Shown: positions 35,451 through 45,321 of the stretch, in pieces
Numbering within the stretch: position 1 is the stretch's first letter
Layout of the letters: each line of letters opens with the position of its first letter
From: Flavobacteriaceae bacterium
GTDB lineage: Bacteria; Bacteroidota; Bacteroidia; Flavobacteriales; Flavobacteriaceae
Assembly (NCBI GenBank): GCA_042091275.1
Contig: JBELHR010000005.1
Span: forward strand, 6,694-70,693
Direction: 5' to 3'
Length of the DNA stretch: 64,000 nt
Notes under the pieces: model-generated
What the model saw: the letters and a program-made list of their open reading frames with translations, nothing else
Databases searched by the model: none
Told to the model about the DNA's origin: nothing
Position numbers and translations under genes: made by a program

Positions 35451-38342
35451 ATGAAAAACGAATTAAAGGCCTTAAGAGCAATACTCAAAGGAGAATTGAA
35501 GTACGATGCCTTGTATAAATCTATTTATGCAACCGATGCCTCGGTTTATCGCAGAACGCCTATTGCAGTAGCATTCCCTAAGGATCAAAGTGATTTGGTT
35601 TCTCTTATTAATTTTGCAAGTGAACACTCGGTTTCCCTGGTTCCGAGAACTGCAGGAACTTCGCTTGCTGGACAATGTGTAGGTGACGGAATTATTGTGG
35701 ATCTTTCCAAGCACTTTACAAATATTTTAGAATTTAATGCAGAGGAACGATGGATTCGAGTGCAACCCGGAGTTATACGAGATGACTTAAATCGCTTCCT
35801 AAAACCATATGGACTGTTTTTCGGTCCCAATACCTCTACATCCAATCGATGTATGATCGGAGGTATGGTGGGTAACAACTCCTCTGGAACAACTTCTATA
35901 AAATACGGAGTTAGTAGAGATAAGGTCATTGAAATAAAAGCGCTACTCAGCGATGGTTCTGAAGTGAAATTTTCAGAATTGGATGACTCAGAAATAAATT
36001 CAAAATCACAACAAGAGAACTTAGAAGGAGAAATTTATAAGCATATTCTCTCTACCTATAGTCAACAAAACGTCCAAAAAGAAATTTTAGATGAATTTCC
36101 TGCAGAAGATATTCATAGAAGATGTACCGGTTATGCTATTGACGAATTACTCAAATACTCTTCCTTTGGAGGTAGAGAAGAGAAATTAAATTTAGCGAAA
36201 CTCTTATGTGGTTCAGAAGGAACCTTGGCTCTCTCTACAGAAATAAAATTACATCTAGACCCATTACCACCTGAGCACAACATACTTGTGGCAGCTCATT
36301 TTGAAACCGTCAACGAAAGTCTTCTGGCTGTTGTAGCTGCAATGAAACACGACTTATACACTTGTGAATTGATGGATAAAGTTATTCTCGATTGTACAAA
36401 GAGTAATCGGGAACAGCAAAAAAACAGATTTTTTCTACAAGGAGATCCAGGCGCAATTTTAATGCTAGAACTCGCAGCGGATAGCCCTGAGAAGGCAAAA
36501 GAACTAGCGGACGAACTGGTAAGGGATCTTAACAGTCAAAATTTTGGATACGCACACCCAATTCTCAAGGGGGATGAAATAAATAGAATTCACCATCTCA
36601 GAAAAGCGGGATTAGGTTTGCTAGGTAATATCATTGGAGATGACAAAGCAGTTGCTTGTATAGAAGATACCGCTGTCGCTCTAGAGGATTTACCGCAATA
36701 TATTGAGGACTTTTCTAAGATGATGGATGAGTTTAAACAAGAGGCGGTCTATTATGCCCACGCTGGAGCAGGAGAGATACACCTTCGTCCCATACTCAAC
36801 CTAAAGAAAAAAGAAGACGTAATTTTATTTCGTGAAATAACGCAAAAAACCGCAGAACTCGTAAAATCCTATAAAGGGTCCTTTAGTGGAGAACACGGGG
36901 ACGGAATTGTAAGGGCTGAGTTTATCCCTCTTATGATTGGAGATAAAAACTACGAGCTTTTACGTGATCTAAAACGAACTTTTGATCCCCTCAAAATATT
37001 TAATGCGGGTAAGATTGTCGATGCTTACGCCATGGACGAGCAACTGCGTTATGAAGTGGACAGAGAAGAGCCAGAAATCAATACTTTTATGGATTTCTCA
37101 GACTCAAAAGGGATTCTGAGACTCGCTGAGAAGTGCAATGGTTCTGGCGATTGCAGAAAGAGTCCAGAAGCGGGAGGAACTTTGTGCCCTAGTTACCGCG
37201 CGACAAGGGATGAAAAAGACAGCACCCGAGCTAGAGCAAATGCATTGCGAGAATTCCTGAGTAACAGTGATCGAAGCAATCGATTTAACCACAAAGAGCT
37301 ATACGAGGCTTTTGACCTTTGCCTCAGTTGTAAAGCATGTTCCTCAGAGTGTCCTAGTAATGTGGATGTAGCCAGCTTAAAGGCCGAGTTCTTGCACCAA
37401 TACTATTTGGAAAACGGCGTTCCATTACGCGCAAAATTATTTGGCTATAACGTTCAGTTAAACAAATTAGTATCTTGGGCACCTAACTTAGTAAATCCAA
37501 TAATAGGATCTGCTTTGAGCAAAAAATTGATGGGTATTGCAGCAGAGAGAAGTTTGCCAAAAATAAGCCCTACAAAACAAAGAAGGCAGTTAAAAAAAGC
37601 CGGGAGTTACGGCCGAGAAGTCGATTTGTATTTGTTTGTGGATGAGTTCACCTCTCTCTACGACACAAAAATTGGTTTGGATGCCGTTGAGTTACTCGAG
37701 AGACTAGGTTTTCGAGTAGGTCGGGTGAATCATCCGGAAAGTGCACGAAGCTTTTTATCAAAAGGGCTTTTAAAGGAGGCTCAAAAGATAATCAATAAAA
37801 ATATTGCCCTGTTTAGTGGCTTAATCGATGAAAAAACTCCTCTAATTGGTATTGAACCTTCTGCAATTTTAGGGTTTAGAGATGAATACCCTAGACTTGC
37901 TGCAGATAAAGCTTCGGCGGATAAACTCGCAAAAAACAGTTTTACCTTCGAGGAATTTATAGAAAAACAATTTCAAAACGGAAGGATTCAATCCCAGCAG
38001 TTTACCGAAGACTCCAAAGAGGTTAAATTACATGGACATTGCCATCAAAAGGCTTTGAGCACGACTGCATCTGGTTTTAATATGCTCAATATTCCATCGA
38101 ACTACGATGTGAAAATACTAAATACGGGATGCTGTGGTATGGCAGGATCTTTTGGGTACGAAAAAGAACACTATAAAATTAGCATGCAGGTTGGAGAGGA
38201 TACTTTGTTTCCAAAACTCAGAAAACTAAGCACAGATACCCTTATTGCAGCTGCGGGAACCTCATGTAGACATCAAATCAAAGACGGTGTGAACAAAGAA
38301 GCCCAACACCCTATAAGTATCTTGAAAAATGCGCTACTTTAA
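35451..38342 (+). CDS. FAD-binding and Fe-S-binding oxidoreductase, YdiJ-like (GlcD-GlcF type fusion)
   Basis: N-terminal FAD-binding domain (PRTAGTSLAGQ). 4Fe-4S motif CLSCKACSSECPS. C-terminal CCG motif (GCCGMAGSFG). Confidence 0.85.
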   Translation: MKNELKALRAILKGELKYDALYKSIYATDASVYRRTPIAVAFPKDQSDLVSLINFASEHSVSLVPRTAGTSLAGQCVGDGIIVDLSKHFTNILEFNAEERWIRVQPGVIRDDLNRFLKPYGLFFGPNTSTSNRCMIGGMVGNNSSGTTSIKYGVSRDKVIEIKALLSDGSEVKFSELDDSEINSKSQQENLEGEIYKHILSTYSQQNVQKEILDEFPAEDIHRRCTGYAIDELLKYSSFGGREEKLNLAKLLCGSEGTLALSTEIKLHLDPLPPEHNILVAAHFETVNESLLAVVAAMKHDLYTCELMDKVILDCTKSNREQQKNRFFLQGDPGAILMLELAADSPEKAKELADELVRDLNSQNFGYAHPILKGDEINRIHHLRKAGLGLLGNIIGDDKAVACIEDTAVALEDLPQYIEDFSKMMDEFKQEAVYYAHAGAGEIHLRPILNLKKKEDVILFREITQKTAELVKSYKGSFSGEHGDGIVRAEFIPLMIGDKNYELLRDLKRTFDPLKIFNAGKIVDAYAMDEQLRYEVDREEPEINTFMDFSDSKGILRLAEKCNGSGDCRKSPEAGGTLCPSYRATRDEKDSTRARANALREFLSNSDRSNRFNHKELYEAFDLCLSCKACSSECPSNVDVASLKAEFLHQYYLENGVPLRAKLFGYNVQLNKLVSWAPNLVNPIIGSALSKKLMGIAAERSLPKISPTKQRRQLKKAGSYGREVDLYLFVDEFTSLYDTKIGLDAVELLERLGFRVGRVNHPESARSFLSKGLLKEAQKIINKNIALFSGLIDEKTPLIGIEPSAILGFRDEYPRLAADKASADKLAKNSFTFEEFIEKQFQNGRIQSQQFTEDSKEVKLHGHCHQKALSTTASGFNMLNIPSNYDVKILNTGCCGMAGSFGYEKEHYKISMQVGEDTLFPKLRKLSTDTLIAAAGTSCRHQIKDGVNKEAQHPISILKNALL

Positions 38343-39469
38343 AGAGACCCCAAGACTTTAATTAAACCGTCCACGTCCTGTTTCGTATTGTATTTGCTAA
38401 ATGAAATTCGAAGAGAAGTATTTCCGCGTCCTTGTTCATCTAAAAAAGCATTCAAGACATGAGAGCCTTTGTTAGATCCGCTTTGACAAGCACTTCCTCC
38501 AGAGACTGCAATACCATTTAAATCCAGATTAAACATCAACATCGGAGCATTGCCAGGAAATTGAGCCGAAAGGATGTGATATGCTGAGCGTTTTAAATCC
38601 CCAGAACAACCATTAAAAACAATACCAGGCATAAAAGACTTTAGACTATTGATCATATATTCCTTTACCGCAAGTATTTTTTCTGTGTCCTCTTCCATAT
38701 CTCTAATAGCGATATCTAGTGCTTCTGCCATACCAGCTATACTGTGAACGTTCTCAGTTCCGGCACGAGCACCTTTTTCTTGTCCACCACCTGTTAGCAA
38801 AGACTGAACTCCATGACCCTTTTTGAAATAACAAAAACCAACTCCTTTTGGCCCGTGAAATTTATGAGCAGATCCGGCCAAAAAGTCGACGTCTAGCGTT
38901 TCTAAATCAATAGGGATATGTCCCACTGCTTGAACAGCGTCTGTATGCAAAAGAGCTGCATTTTCTCTACAACATCGAGAAACAGCATCCATGGGCATGA
39001 TACTACCGATCTCGTTATTGATATACATCAATGCTACCAAGGTCTTTTTGGAGCTCTGCTTTAATACACGGTCTAAATCTTCTACAGATATTTCTCCGTC
39101 GCTATCAATAGATAGATACTCTGCCTCTACTCCTTTATTTTCTACCAAGCAATTAATGGTATTCAAAACAGCAGCATGCTCTATTTTGGTCGATACAATT
39201 CGCTCTACTCCAAGATTCTCAACCGCATTTCGCATGATCAAGTTATCCGCTTCTGTTCCGCTACCTGTAAAAATAATCTCGGCAGAACTACAATTTAACG
39301 CTTTAGCTATTCGCTTTCTCGCACCCTCGATAAGGGCCTTTGCAGACCTACCAAATTTGTGAGTAGAAGATGGATTACCCATCGTAGACTTCATAACATC
39401 AGCCATATAGTCCACTACATTCGGATCCAAAGCTGTTGTAGCACCGTTGTCAAAATATATCAATTCCAT
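38339..39469 (-). CDS. Cysteine desulfurase (class V aminotransferase, NifS/IscS family)
   Basis: PLP lysine SAHKFHGPKG and catalytic loop SGGSACQSG. ATG at 39469 chosen. Confidence 0.85.
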   Translation of the reverse strand: MELIYFDNGATTALDPNVVDYMADVMKSTMGNPSSTHKFGRSAKALIEGARKRIAKALNCSSAEIIFTGSGTEADNLIMRNAVENLGVERIVSTKIEHAAVLNTINCLVENKGVEAEYLSIDSDGEISVEDLDRVLKQSSKKTLVALMYINNEIGSIMPMDAVSRCCRENAALLHTDAVQAVGHIPIDLETLDVDFLAGSAHKFHGPKGVGFCYFKKGHGVQSLLTGGGQEKGARAGTENVHSIAGMAEALDIAIRDMEEDTEKILAVKEYMINSLKSFMPGIVFNGCSGDLKRSAYHILSAQFPGNAPMLMFNLDLNGIAVSGGSACQSGSNKGSHVLNAFLDEQGRGNTSLRISFSKYNTKQDVDGLIKVLGSL

Positions 39470-39551
39470 AGGTGCAAATATAGAATATATTTCATTTTTC
39501 AATTGGTGTAGGTCTCAAAAAAGACATACTTTTGAGTATATTTTTAGGATT

Positions 39552-40052
39552 ATGCGTATTTGTAGTTTTTTTTTGTTTGTATTACTGATGTCCTCTTGCG
39601 ATGATGGTGATTTCCCGGAACTGAGTTTTGATTTCCAAGATTCCGTGAGTAATTGCGATTCCACCTTGTTTTACATTACTACTTCAAGTCGCTCTGAGGC
39701 GTATATAATTGAACTTTTAGACGGGGATCTTCCTGAAGAAGCTGGTGAAAAATCACTCGGAATTTCTGGACAAAGAGCCGTTACTTACCGTGTTTTTGAC
39801 GATGCTATAGGTTCTGATTATTTTTGTAATGACCTCCCTCCGACAAGTCCTTTGACTATAGAGGAATGGTTAGCTACTGGAGGTAGCATAGTAATTACAA
39901 CAGAAGAAGTTGAAAATGATCAAGGTGAAGTTTCCTCCTACCGATACACCCTAAGCGTTGAAAATACGGTACTTAGTTTTCGCGACAAGAAAATAACCCA
40001 GGAGGTATTCCAATTTGGAACCTTCGAAATGGCGGTAACTACTGGTTCTTAA
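39552..40052 (+). CDS. Hypothetical lipoprotein
   Basis: The ATG at 39552 gives the lipobox MRICSFFLFVLLMSSC. No family motif recognised. Confidence 0.55.
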   Translation: MRICSFFLFVLLMSSCDDGDFPELSFDFQDSVSNCDSTLFYITTSSRSEAYIIELLDGDLPEEAGEKSLGISGQRAVTYRVFDDAIGSDYFCNDLPPTSPLTIEEWLATGGSIVITTEEVENDQGEVSSYRYTLSVENTVLSFRDKKITQEVFQFGTFEMAVTTGS

Positions 40053-40608
40053 TGTTTTGAATAACATATACTGCAGTTGCTCCCATGCCGTATTTGCGGT
40101 AGGAAGCAGGCTCATATCGAACGGGATATCTTCCAAACAGAAACTTTAGTTCTTTTTCTAATACACCCTCACCTACTCCGTGAATAAATACCAAATTCGG
40201 AATTCGATTGCGTATTGCATATTCGAGTTTTTGTTGAGCAGTGTCGATTTGAGTGATTAAAATATCGGAGGAGTCCATTCTTTTGTGGTACTTATTGAGC
40301 TTTTCTATATGCAAATCAACTTCCATAACTACCTCGTCTTTGGAACTAGATTTTTTAAAACTCCTTTTTTTCGTTTCAGAATCTCTCATTTTTTCTAACA
40401 AGAGGGGATTATTGATATCCTTGTATTTACTCATCTCGAACTGATCGCCCTGCACTGCCACCAAGTCTTCTGCCGCATATCTATATTCAAAACCGGTCTG
40501 ATCCAATAGAAAATATACTCCGTTTTCAATCTTGGAAATAGTTCCACGAATATCCTCGTCGATAACTGCTACCGAACTACCTACTTTAAATTTCAATGTT
40601 TTTGTCAT
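40039..40608 (-). CDS. Smr domain-containing protein
   Basis: C-terminal Smr block VDLHIEKL...LVFIHGVGEGVLEKEL. Start overlaps the upstream PPK2 by 23 nt. Confidence 0.75.
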   Translation of the reverse strand: MTKTLKFKVGSSVAVIDEDIRGTISKIENGVYFLLDQTGFEYRYAAEDLVAVQGDQFEMSKYKDINNPLLLEKMRDSETKKRSFKKSSSKDEVVMEVDLHIEKLNKYHKRMDSSDILITQIDTAQQKLEYAIRNRIPNLVFIHGVGEGVLEKELKFLFGRYPVRYEPASYRKYGMGATAVYVIQNIKNQ

Positions 40609-41362
40609 AAGGAATCTGCTCCAAAATATATTTGATAGACTCTATTCTCGCTTCTGTTTTCTTGTTGGCCTCGATTACCTTCCACGGAATACCTTTCTTT
40701 TCTTTGGTGTTTTCAAACAATCGATTTTTATATTCTGTATAATCCTCCCATAATTTTTGAGCATCCTCATCTACTTGGGTCAATTTCCATTGTTTTAAAG
40801 GATCTTCTCTCAAATCATCAAAACGCTTTTGCTGTTCCTTTTTGGAAATAGACATATAAATTTTAATCAATTTTATGCCAGAATCCGTTATCATACGTTC
40901 AAAGTCATCTACCTGTCTCATAAAATCCTCATATTCAGATGGACTACAAAAACCGTTTACTGGCTCTACAATTGCCCTATTATACCAACTTCTATCAAAG
41001 AAAACCAACTCACCTCGTTTGGGAAATTTTGGAATATAACGTTCAAAATACCACTGTCCTCTTTCCTCTAGACTCGGCTTTCTCAAAGCTACAACCTGAA
41101 AGTGACGTGGGTTGATTCTTTCCGTTATACGTCGAATAGCTCCACCCTTTCCAGCGGCATCCCGACCTTCAAAAATCACAATTATTCGCTGATTGGTTTC
41201 TATTGCCCATTTCTGCATTCGAATGAGCTCTACCTGAAGCTTTTTGAGTTTTTTCTCATAGCGGACATAGCGCAATGCTCTATCTATATTGAGAGGAGAT
41301 TTCATCAAAAGAGAAATAAGTCCTTTTGTACTATTTAATTTTTCTAAATCGAGATCTGTCAT
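40586..41362 (-). CDS. Polyphosphate kinase 2 family protein (single-domain, PA0141-like), copy 2
   Basis: FEGRDAAGKGGAIRR (Walker A), GQWYFERYI, FDRSWYNRA, DPLKQWKL. Confidence 0.9.
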   Translation of the reverse strand: MTDLDLEKLNSTKGLISLLMKSPLNIDRALRYVRYEKKLKKLQVELIRMQKWAIETNQRIIVIFEGRDAAGKGGAIRRITERINPRHFQVVALRKPSLEERGQWYFERYIPKFPKRGELVFFDRSWYNRAIVEPVNGFCSPSEYEDFMRQVDDFERMITDSGIKLIKIYMSISKKEQQKRFDDLREDPLKQWKLTQVDEDAQKLWEDYTEYKNRLFENTKEKKGIPWKVIEANKKTEARIESIKYILEQIPYDKNIEI

Positions 41363-41363
41363 A

Positions 41364-42230
41364 TTAATCTATGTGCTTTAAGGATCTAAAATAACGCATC
41401 ACTACATTTGGATCTGGTATCAACGGCGTATTTTCGTCGGATTTTCCCTCGTATTCAAACTTGGTTAAAACATAACGCATAGCCTCTAATCGGGCTATCT
41501 TTTTATCGTTAGATTTCACAATCATCCAAGGGCTATAATGGGTGTGTGTACCGAAAAACATGCGTTCTTTAAAGGATGTATATCGATCCCAAAGTTCTTG
41601 ACCTTTTCTGTCGACAGGACTGTATTTCCAACGCTTCAATGGGTTATCTATACGCTCTTGAAAACGCTTTAACTGCTCCTCTTTGGTTATCGACAGCCAG
41701 AATTTAATAATGATTACACCGTCCTCGTTTAACATGTTTTCAAACTCGGGAACCTGAGCCATATAAGTTTTGTATTGTTTATCGTTACAAAAGCCCATGA
41801 CTGGCTCAACTACGGCTCTATTATACCAAGATCTATCGAAAAAAACCAATTCCCCCGGATTTGGTAACTCTTTAATATAACGCTCAAAATACCATTGTCC
41901 ACTTTCAATTTCAGTGGGTTTGTTCAAGGCAACTAAACGCATATAACGCGGATTTAAATGCTCTGAAAAACGACGGATTGCTCCACCCTTTCCAGCGGCA
42001 TCTCTTCCTTCAAAAATAACAGCAACTCGCAATTTGTTTTTGGAAATATGCCTTTGAAGTTTAACCATCTCCACTTGTAAAAAACGCAATTCTTCTAAGT
42101 ACTTTAAGGTAGTTTCTACTTTGGTCAGATTTCGACCTTTTTCTTTTAAGGCACTTAAAATATCAGATTTGTTAGTGGCATTGAGAAACTCGCTTTCCGT
42201 CAATCCTATTTTCTTTTTGTTCATTTTCAT
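41364..42230 (-). CDS. Polyphosphate kinase 2 family protein (single-domain, PA0141-like), copy 1
   Basis: Same motif set as copy 2 (FEGRDAAGKGGAIRR, GQWYFERYI, FDRSWYNRA, NPLKRWKY). ATG at 42230 chosen. Confidence 0.9.
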   Translation of the reverse strand: MKMNKKKIGLTESEFLNATNKSDILSALKEKGRNLTKVETTLKYLEELRFLQVEMVKLQRHISKNKLRVAVIFEGRDAAGKGGAIRRFSEHLNPRYMRLVALNKPTEIESGQWYFERYIKELPNPGELVFFDRSWYNRAVVEPVMGFCNDKQYKTYMAQVPEFENMLNEDGVIIIKFWLSITKEEQLKRFQERIDNPLKRWKYSPVDRKGQELWDRYTSFKERMFFGTHTHYSPWMIVKSNDKKIARLEAMRYVLTKFEYEGKSDENTPLIPDPNVVMRYFRSLKHID

Positions 42231-42292
42231 AATTCTGGTAATACTCCTTACCAAATATAGCAATTTTAAACAGTCAATTAGGTCTTAAAAGT

Positions 42293-43717
42293 CTAGTCAT
42301 TTAAAAGATCTGTCGGTTTGAACCCAATCAAATATATCTTCTCTTGTGCACGAGTAATTGCGGTATACAACCAGCGCAGATAGGCGACGCTCTGGCCATC
42401 TGGGAGATAAGGCTTTTCGATAAAAACATTTTTCCACTGACCACCCTGAGATTTGTGGCAGGTTACTGCGTAGGCAAACTTGACTTGAAGTGCGTTAAAA
42501 AATTTATTCTTTTTAATCTCTAAAAGTTGTTTGTACTTACTGCTTAAATGGGCATAATCCTCTTGAACAGCTTTGTAGAGTTTTCCATTGTCCTCATAAC
42601 TCAAGTTTGGAGTTTCAGATTCTAAGGTATTTAAAAGTAATACGGTTTCAAAAGGCATTTGATTTGGATAATCCACCATGCGAACTTGTACTTCGGCAAA
42701 ACGAAATCCATAGAGTTCTTTGATACCGTAAAAGGCAGAAATTTCACAAATATCTCCATTGGCTATAAAACCAGACTCTGATCCTGCCGGCAGCCAAAAG
42801 TAATTGTTTTTAACAACCATAATATAATCGCCTACCGTAATTTCAGACTCACATCCTCTAATCTTGGTACGAATTTGCTGGTTGTATTGGTTGGCCCTTT
42901 TGTTCGATCTTACAATAAACGCAGTTTCCTCTACTCCTTCATCACTGTCATAACAAGAGACTAAAGCCTGTTCTATATCATACCCATCATCCAAATAAAC
43001 CAAATCACTTTGATGAATATTAAATTTAAAATCTTGACCGTAATAATCCGAAATATATGACCTAATGGTAGTAGCATTCTCCAAGATACTGGAGTTCTTT
43101 CCTTGTCTTACTACCTCGTCCAATTCAATATGGCCCAAATCAACATTGTATTGAAAAGACAATTGATCCGTTGCTAAAGCGGGACTCAAATCATATTTTA
43201 CTGGTGGTAATTGTGCGGTATCTCCTATAAAAATCAAACTGTTTTTCTTGCCTGAAAAAACAAAATCAATCAAATCTTCCAAAAGTGAGTTTTGACCATA
43301 AACCAATGTTTGATCCGAAATCATGGAAGCCTCATCCACGATAAAAACCGTATTGTCGTGCTTATTGGCCTGTCTTACAAACTTGACTCCTCCAGACTTT
43401 TCTTTTTTAGGACTGTATATTTTTTTGTGAATCGTAAAAGCTGTTTTGCCCGTATACATTCCTAAAACTTTAGCTGCCCTTCCGGTGGGAGCTAACAAAA
43501 CAGATTTTTTTCCTGTATGCCAGAGTTGTTTGACAAAAGTGCTCATACTACTGGTCTTTCCCGTACCGGCATATCCCTTTAACACAAAAAGAGGTCTATC
43601 CTCCTTTGAGAACAAAAATACAGAAAGGCTCTTCAGCAACTCTTCTTGTCCAGAAGTAGGTGAAAAAGGATATTTTTTAAGAAGTAATTTCGAAAAATCT
43701 ACTGGGTCATTTATCAT
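42293..43717 (-). CDS. SF1B RecD/Pif1-like ATP-dependent DNA helicase
   Basis: Walker A GYAGTGKTS, Walker B VDEASM, GDTAQLPP, C-terminal VTCHKSQGGQW. ATG at 43717 preferred over TTG at 43735. Confidence 0.85.
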   Translation of the reverse strand: MINDPVDFSKLLLKKYPFSPTSGQEELLKSLSVFLFSKEDRPLFVLKGYAGTGKTSSMSTFVKQLWHTGKKSVLLAPTGRAAKVLGMYTGKTAFTIHKKIYSPKKEKSGGVKFVRQANKHDNTVFIVDEASMISDQTLVYGQNSLLEDLIDFVFSGKKNSLIFIGDTAQLPPVKYDLSPALATDQLSFQYNVDLGHIELDEVVRQGKNSSILENATTIRSYISDYYGQDFKFNIHQSDLVYLDDGYDIEQALVSCYDSDEGVEETAFIVRSNKRANQYNQQIRTKIRGCESEITVGDYIMVVKNNYFWLPAGSESGFIANGDICEISAFYGIKELYGFRFAEVQVRMVDYPNQMPFETVLLLNTLESETPNLSYEDNGKLYKAVQEDYAHLSSKYKQLLEIKKNKFFNALQVKFAYAVTCHKSQGGQWKNVFIEKPYLPDGQSVAYLRWLYTAITRAQEKIYLIGFKPTDLLND

Positions 43718-43823
43718 CTCAAATGAAAATCTCAAAGGTACAAATTGAATTGTTTTAAAATTTCTTTAATTGAGAAAAAATTGTACATTTGGCCGTAACT
43801 AAATTTGAAAAAAAGAATAAAAT

Positions 43824-44558
43824 ATGGATTTTTTGTACATCATCTTAGCGATTATTTTTACTGTCTTAGTAGGATGGGCGGTTGTAAAATATTTACCGCT
43901 TAAATTTCAGTGGATTGTTTCTCTTGCCTTATTGGCAATTGCAGTATTTTTAATCTCCGGAATATATGGTGGAATCCAAGCTCCGATAAAATTTAATGCA
44001 GAGAAAAAAGTGCGTTACGCGAAAGTTATTAAAAATTTAAAGCTTATCCGTGATGCAGAACAAGCGCACTATGAAGTTACTGGAAGTTACCAGTCTAATT
44101 TTGACAGTCTAATTCAATTTATTGATACTGCAAACTTTGCAATTACTCAAATTAAAAACGTTCCTAAAATCGTTGATAGAGGTGGTGGGATTACGGAAGA
44201 AATTACCGAAAAAATAACAGATACAATTGGTTTTGAATCGGTTAAAGAAAAGTTATTTAGCGGTAAAGATTATTCCGGTATGATGAATGTTCCTGGAACA
44301 GACGCTACTTTTGAATTGGCTACTGGAGAAATAGAAAAACTAGAAGGATTAGTGGTTCCTGTTTTTAGAGCTAGAGTCGCAAAAGATTTAATTCTTAAAG
44401 GTTTGAACAAAGACTTGATTTATGCTGAAAAAGAAGCATTTGGAGGAGATGAAGTAAAAGGAGCTTACTTATCGGTAGGATCTTTGGACGAGGTATCTAC
44501 TGCTGGAAACTGGCCACCGTTCTACGATGCTGCAGACCGTCAATCGAAAAAAGAATAG
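43824..44558 (+). CDS. Hypothetical membrane protein (two N-terminal TM helices)
   Basis: 244-aa ORF. Two TM helices, then a soluble region. No family recognised. Confidence 0.55.
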   Translation: MDFLYIILAIIFTVLVGWAVVKYLPLKFQWIVSLALLAIAVFLISGIYGGIQAPIKFNAEKKVRYAKVIKNLKLIRDAEQAHYEVTGSYQSNFDSLIQFIDTANFAITQIKNVPKIVDRGGGITEEITEKITDTIGFESVKEKLFSGKDYSGMMNVPGTDATFELATGEIEKLEGLVVPVFRARVAKDLILKGLNKDLIYAEKEAFGGDEVKGAYLSVGSLDEVSTAGNWPPFYDAADRQSKKE

Positions 44559-45318
44559 TAAGATCGAAGCTAAAGATTTAAATTATAACTTATTGACCTT
44601 ATCCATCCAACTCAGTTTGGATGGATTTTGTTTTTATATAACAAACCCAAATTCACAAGAGGTTCTCAAAGTTCTCAAAGAAGAGTTCTCCACAAGAAAA
44701 ACCGATCCAAAATCCTTGTTAGATGAGTTAGAGCGATTTATTTTCAAGGAAGACTTGGGTAGTTTGAATTTTAAATCTGTCGAAGTACTTCACCATAACA
44801 ATCTGATTAGCATTGTCCCTAATGCTTATTTTGATGAAACTAAACTAGGCTTGTACCTGCAAAACACCATCAAATTATACGCATCAGATTATATAAGTTA
44901 TGACCCTATTTCCTCTATTGATGCTCAAGCAGTATACCTTCCTTTTGTAAATATCAATAACTATATCTTAGATAAGTTTGGGGCTTTTGAATACCAACAT
45001 GCCTCTGCGAGATTAATAGAAAAACTGAGTCTGATTTCGGGTGAAAAAGAGGATTCTCCAAAAGATTTTTATCTAAATCTCAACTTAAATTCAATTGAAA
45101 TAATTGTGTTTGAAAAGAAAAAGTTGGTGTTTTTCAATAACTTTGATACCAGAACCGAAGAAGATGTGGTCTATTACACACTCTTTGCCTTGGAACAACT
45201 TCAAATAGATCCAGGAAAAGTTCTTATAGAATATATAAACCCAAATCGAGTGGAGCGCATAGAAGTTTTAAAGGCTTACGTTTCTGAGCTCAAACCTCTT
45301 GAATTAAATCCTTTTTAG
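44527..45318 (+). CDS. DUF3822-like protein
   Basis: LSIQLSLDGFCFYI N-terminal block as I recall for DUF3822. Sits just upstream of rsmD. Overlaps the previous gene by 32 nt. Confidence 0.55.
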   Translation: MLQTVNRKKNSKIEAKDLNYNLLTLSIQLSLDGFCFYITNPNSQEVLKVLKEEFSTRKTDPKSLLDELERFIFKEDLGSLNFKSVEVLHHNNLISIVPNAYFDETKLGLYLQNTIKLYASDYISYDPISSIDAQAVYLPFVNINNYILDKFGAFEYQHASARLIEKLSLISGEKEDSPKDFYLNLNLNSIEIIVFEKKKLVFFNNFDTRTEEDVVYYTLFALEQLQIDPGKVLIEYINPNRVERIEVLKAYVSELKPLELNPF

Positions 45319-45321
45319 ATT

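Noticed and set aside
38991-39362. 123-aa plus-strand ORF. Similar long antisense ORFs occur at 35585-35929, 20228-20542, 15600-15887, 43446-43748 and 47954-48286.
   Set aside because: All lie entirely inside, and antisense to, strongly supported conserved CDSs. They have low-complexity or odd composition, so they are shadow ORFs.
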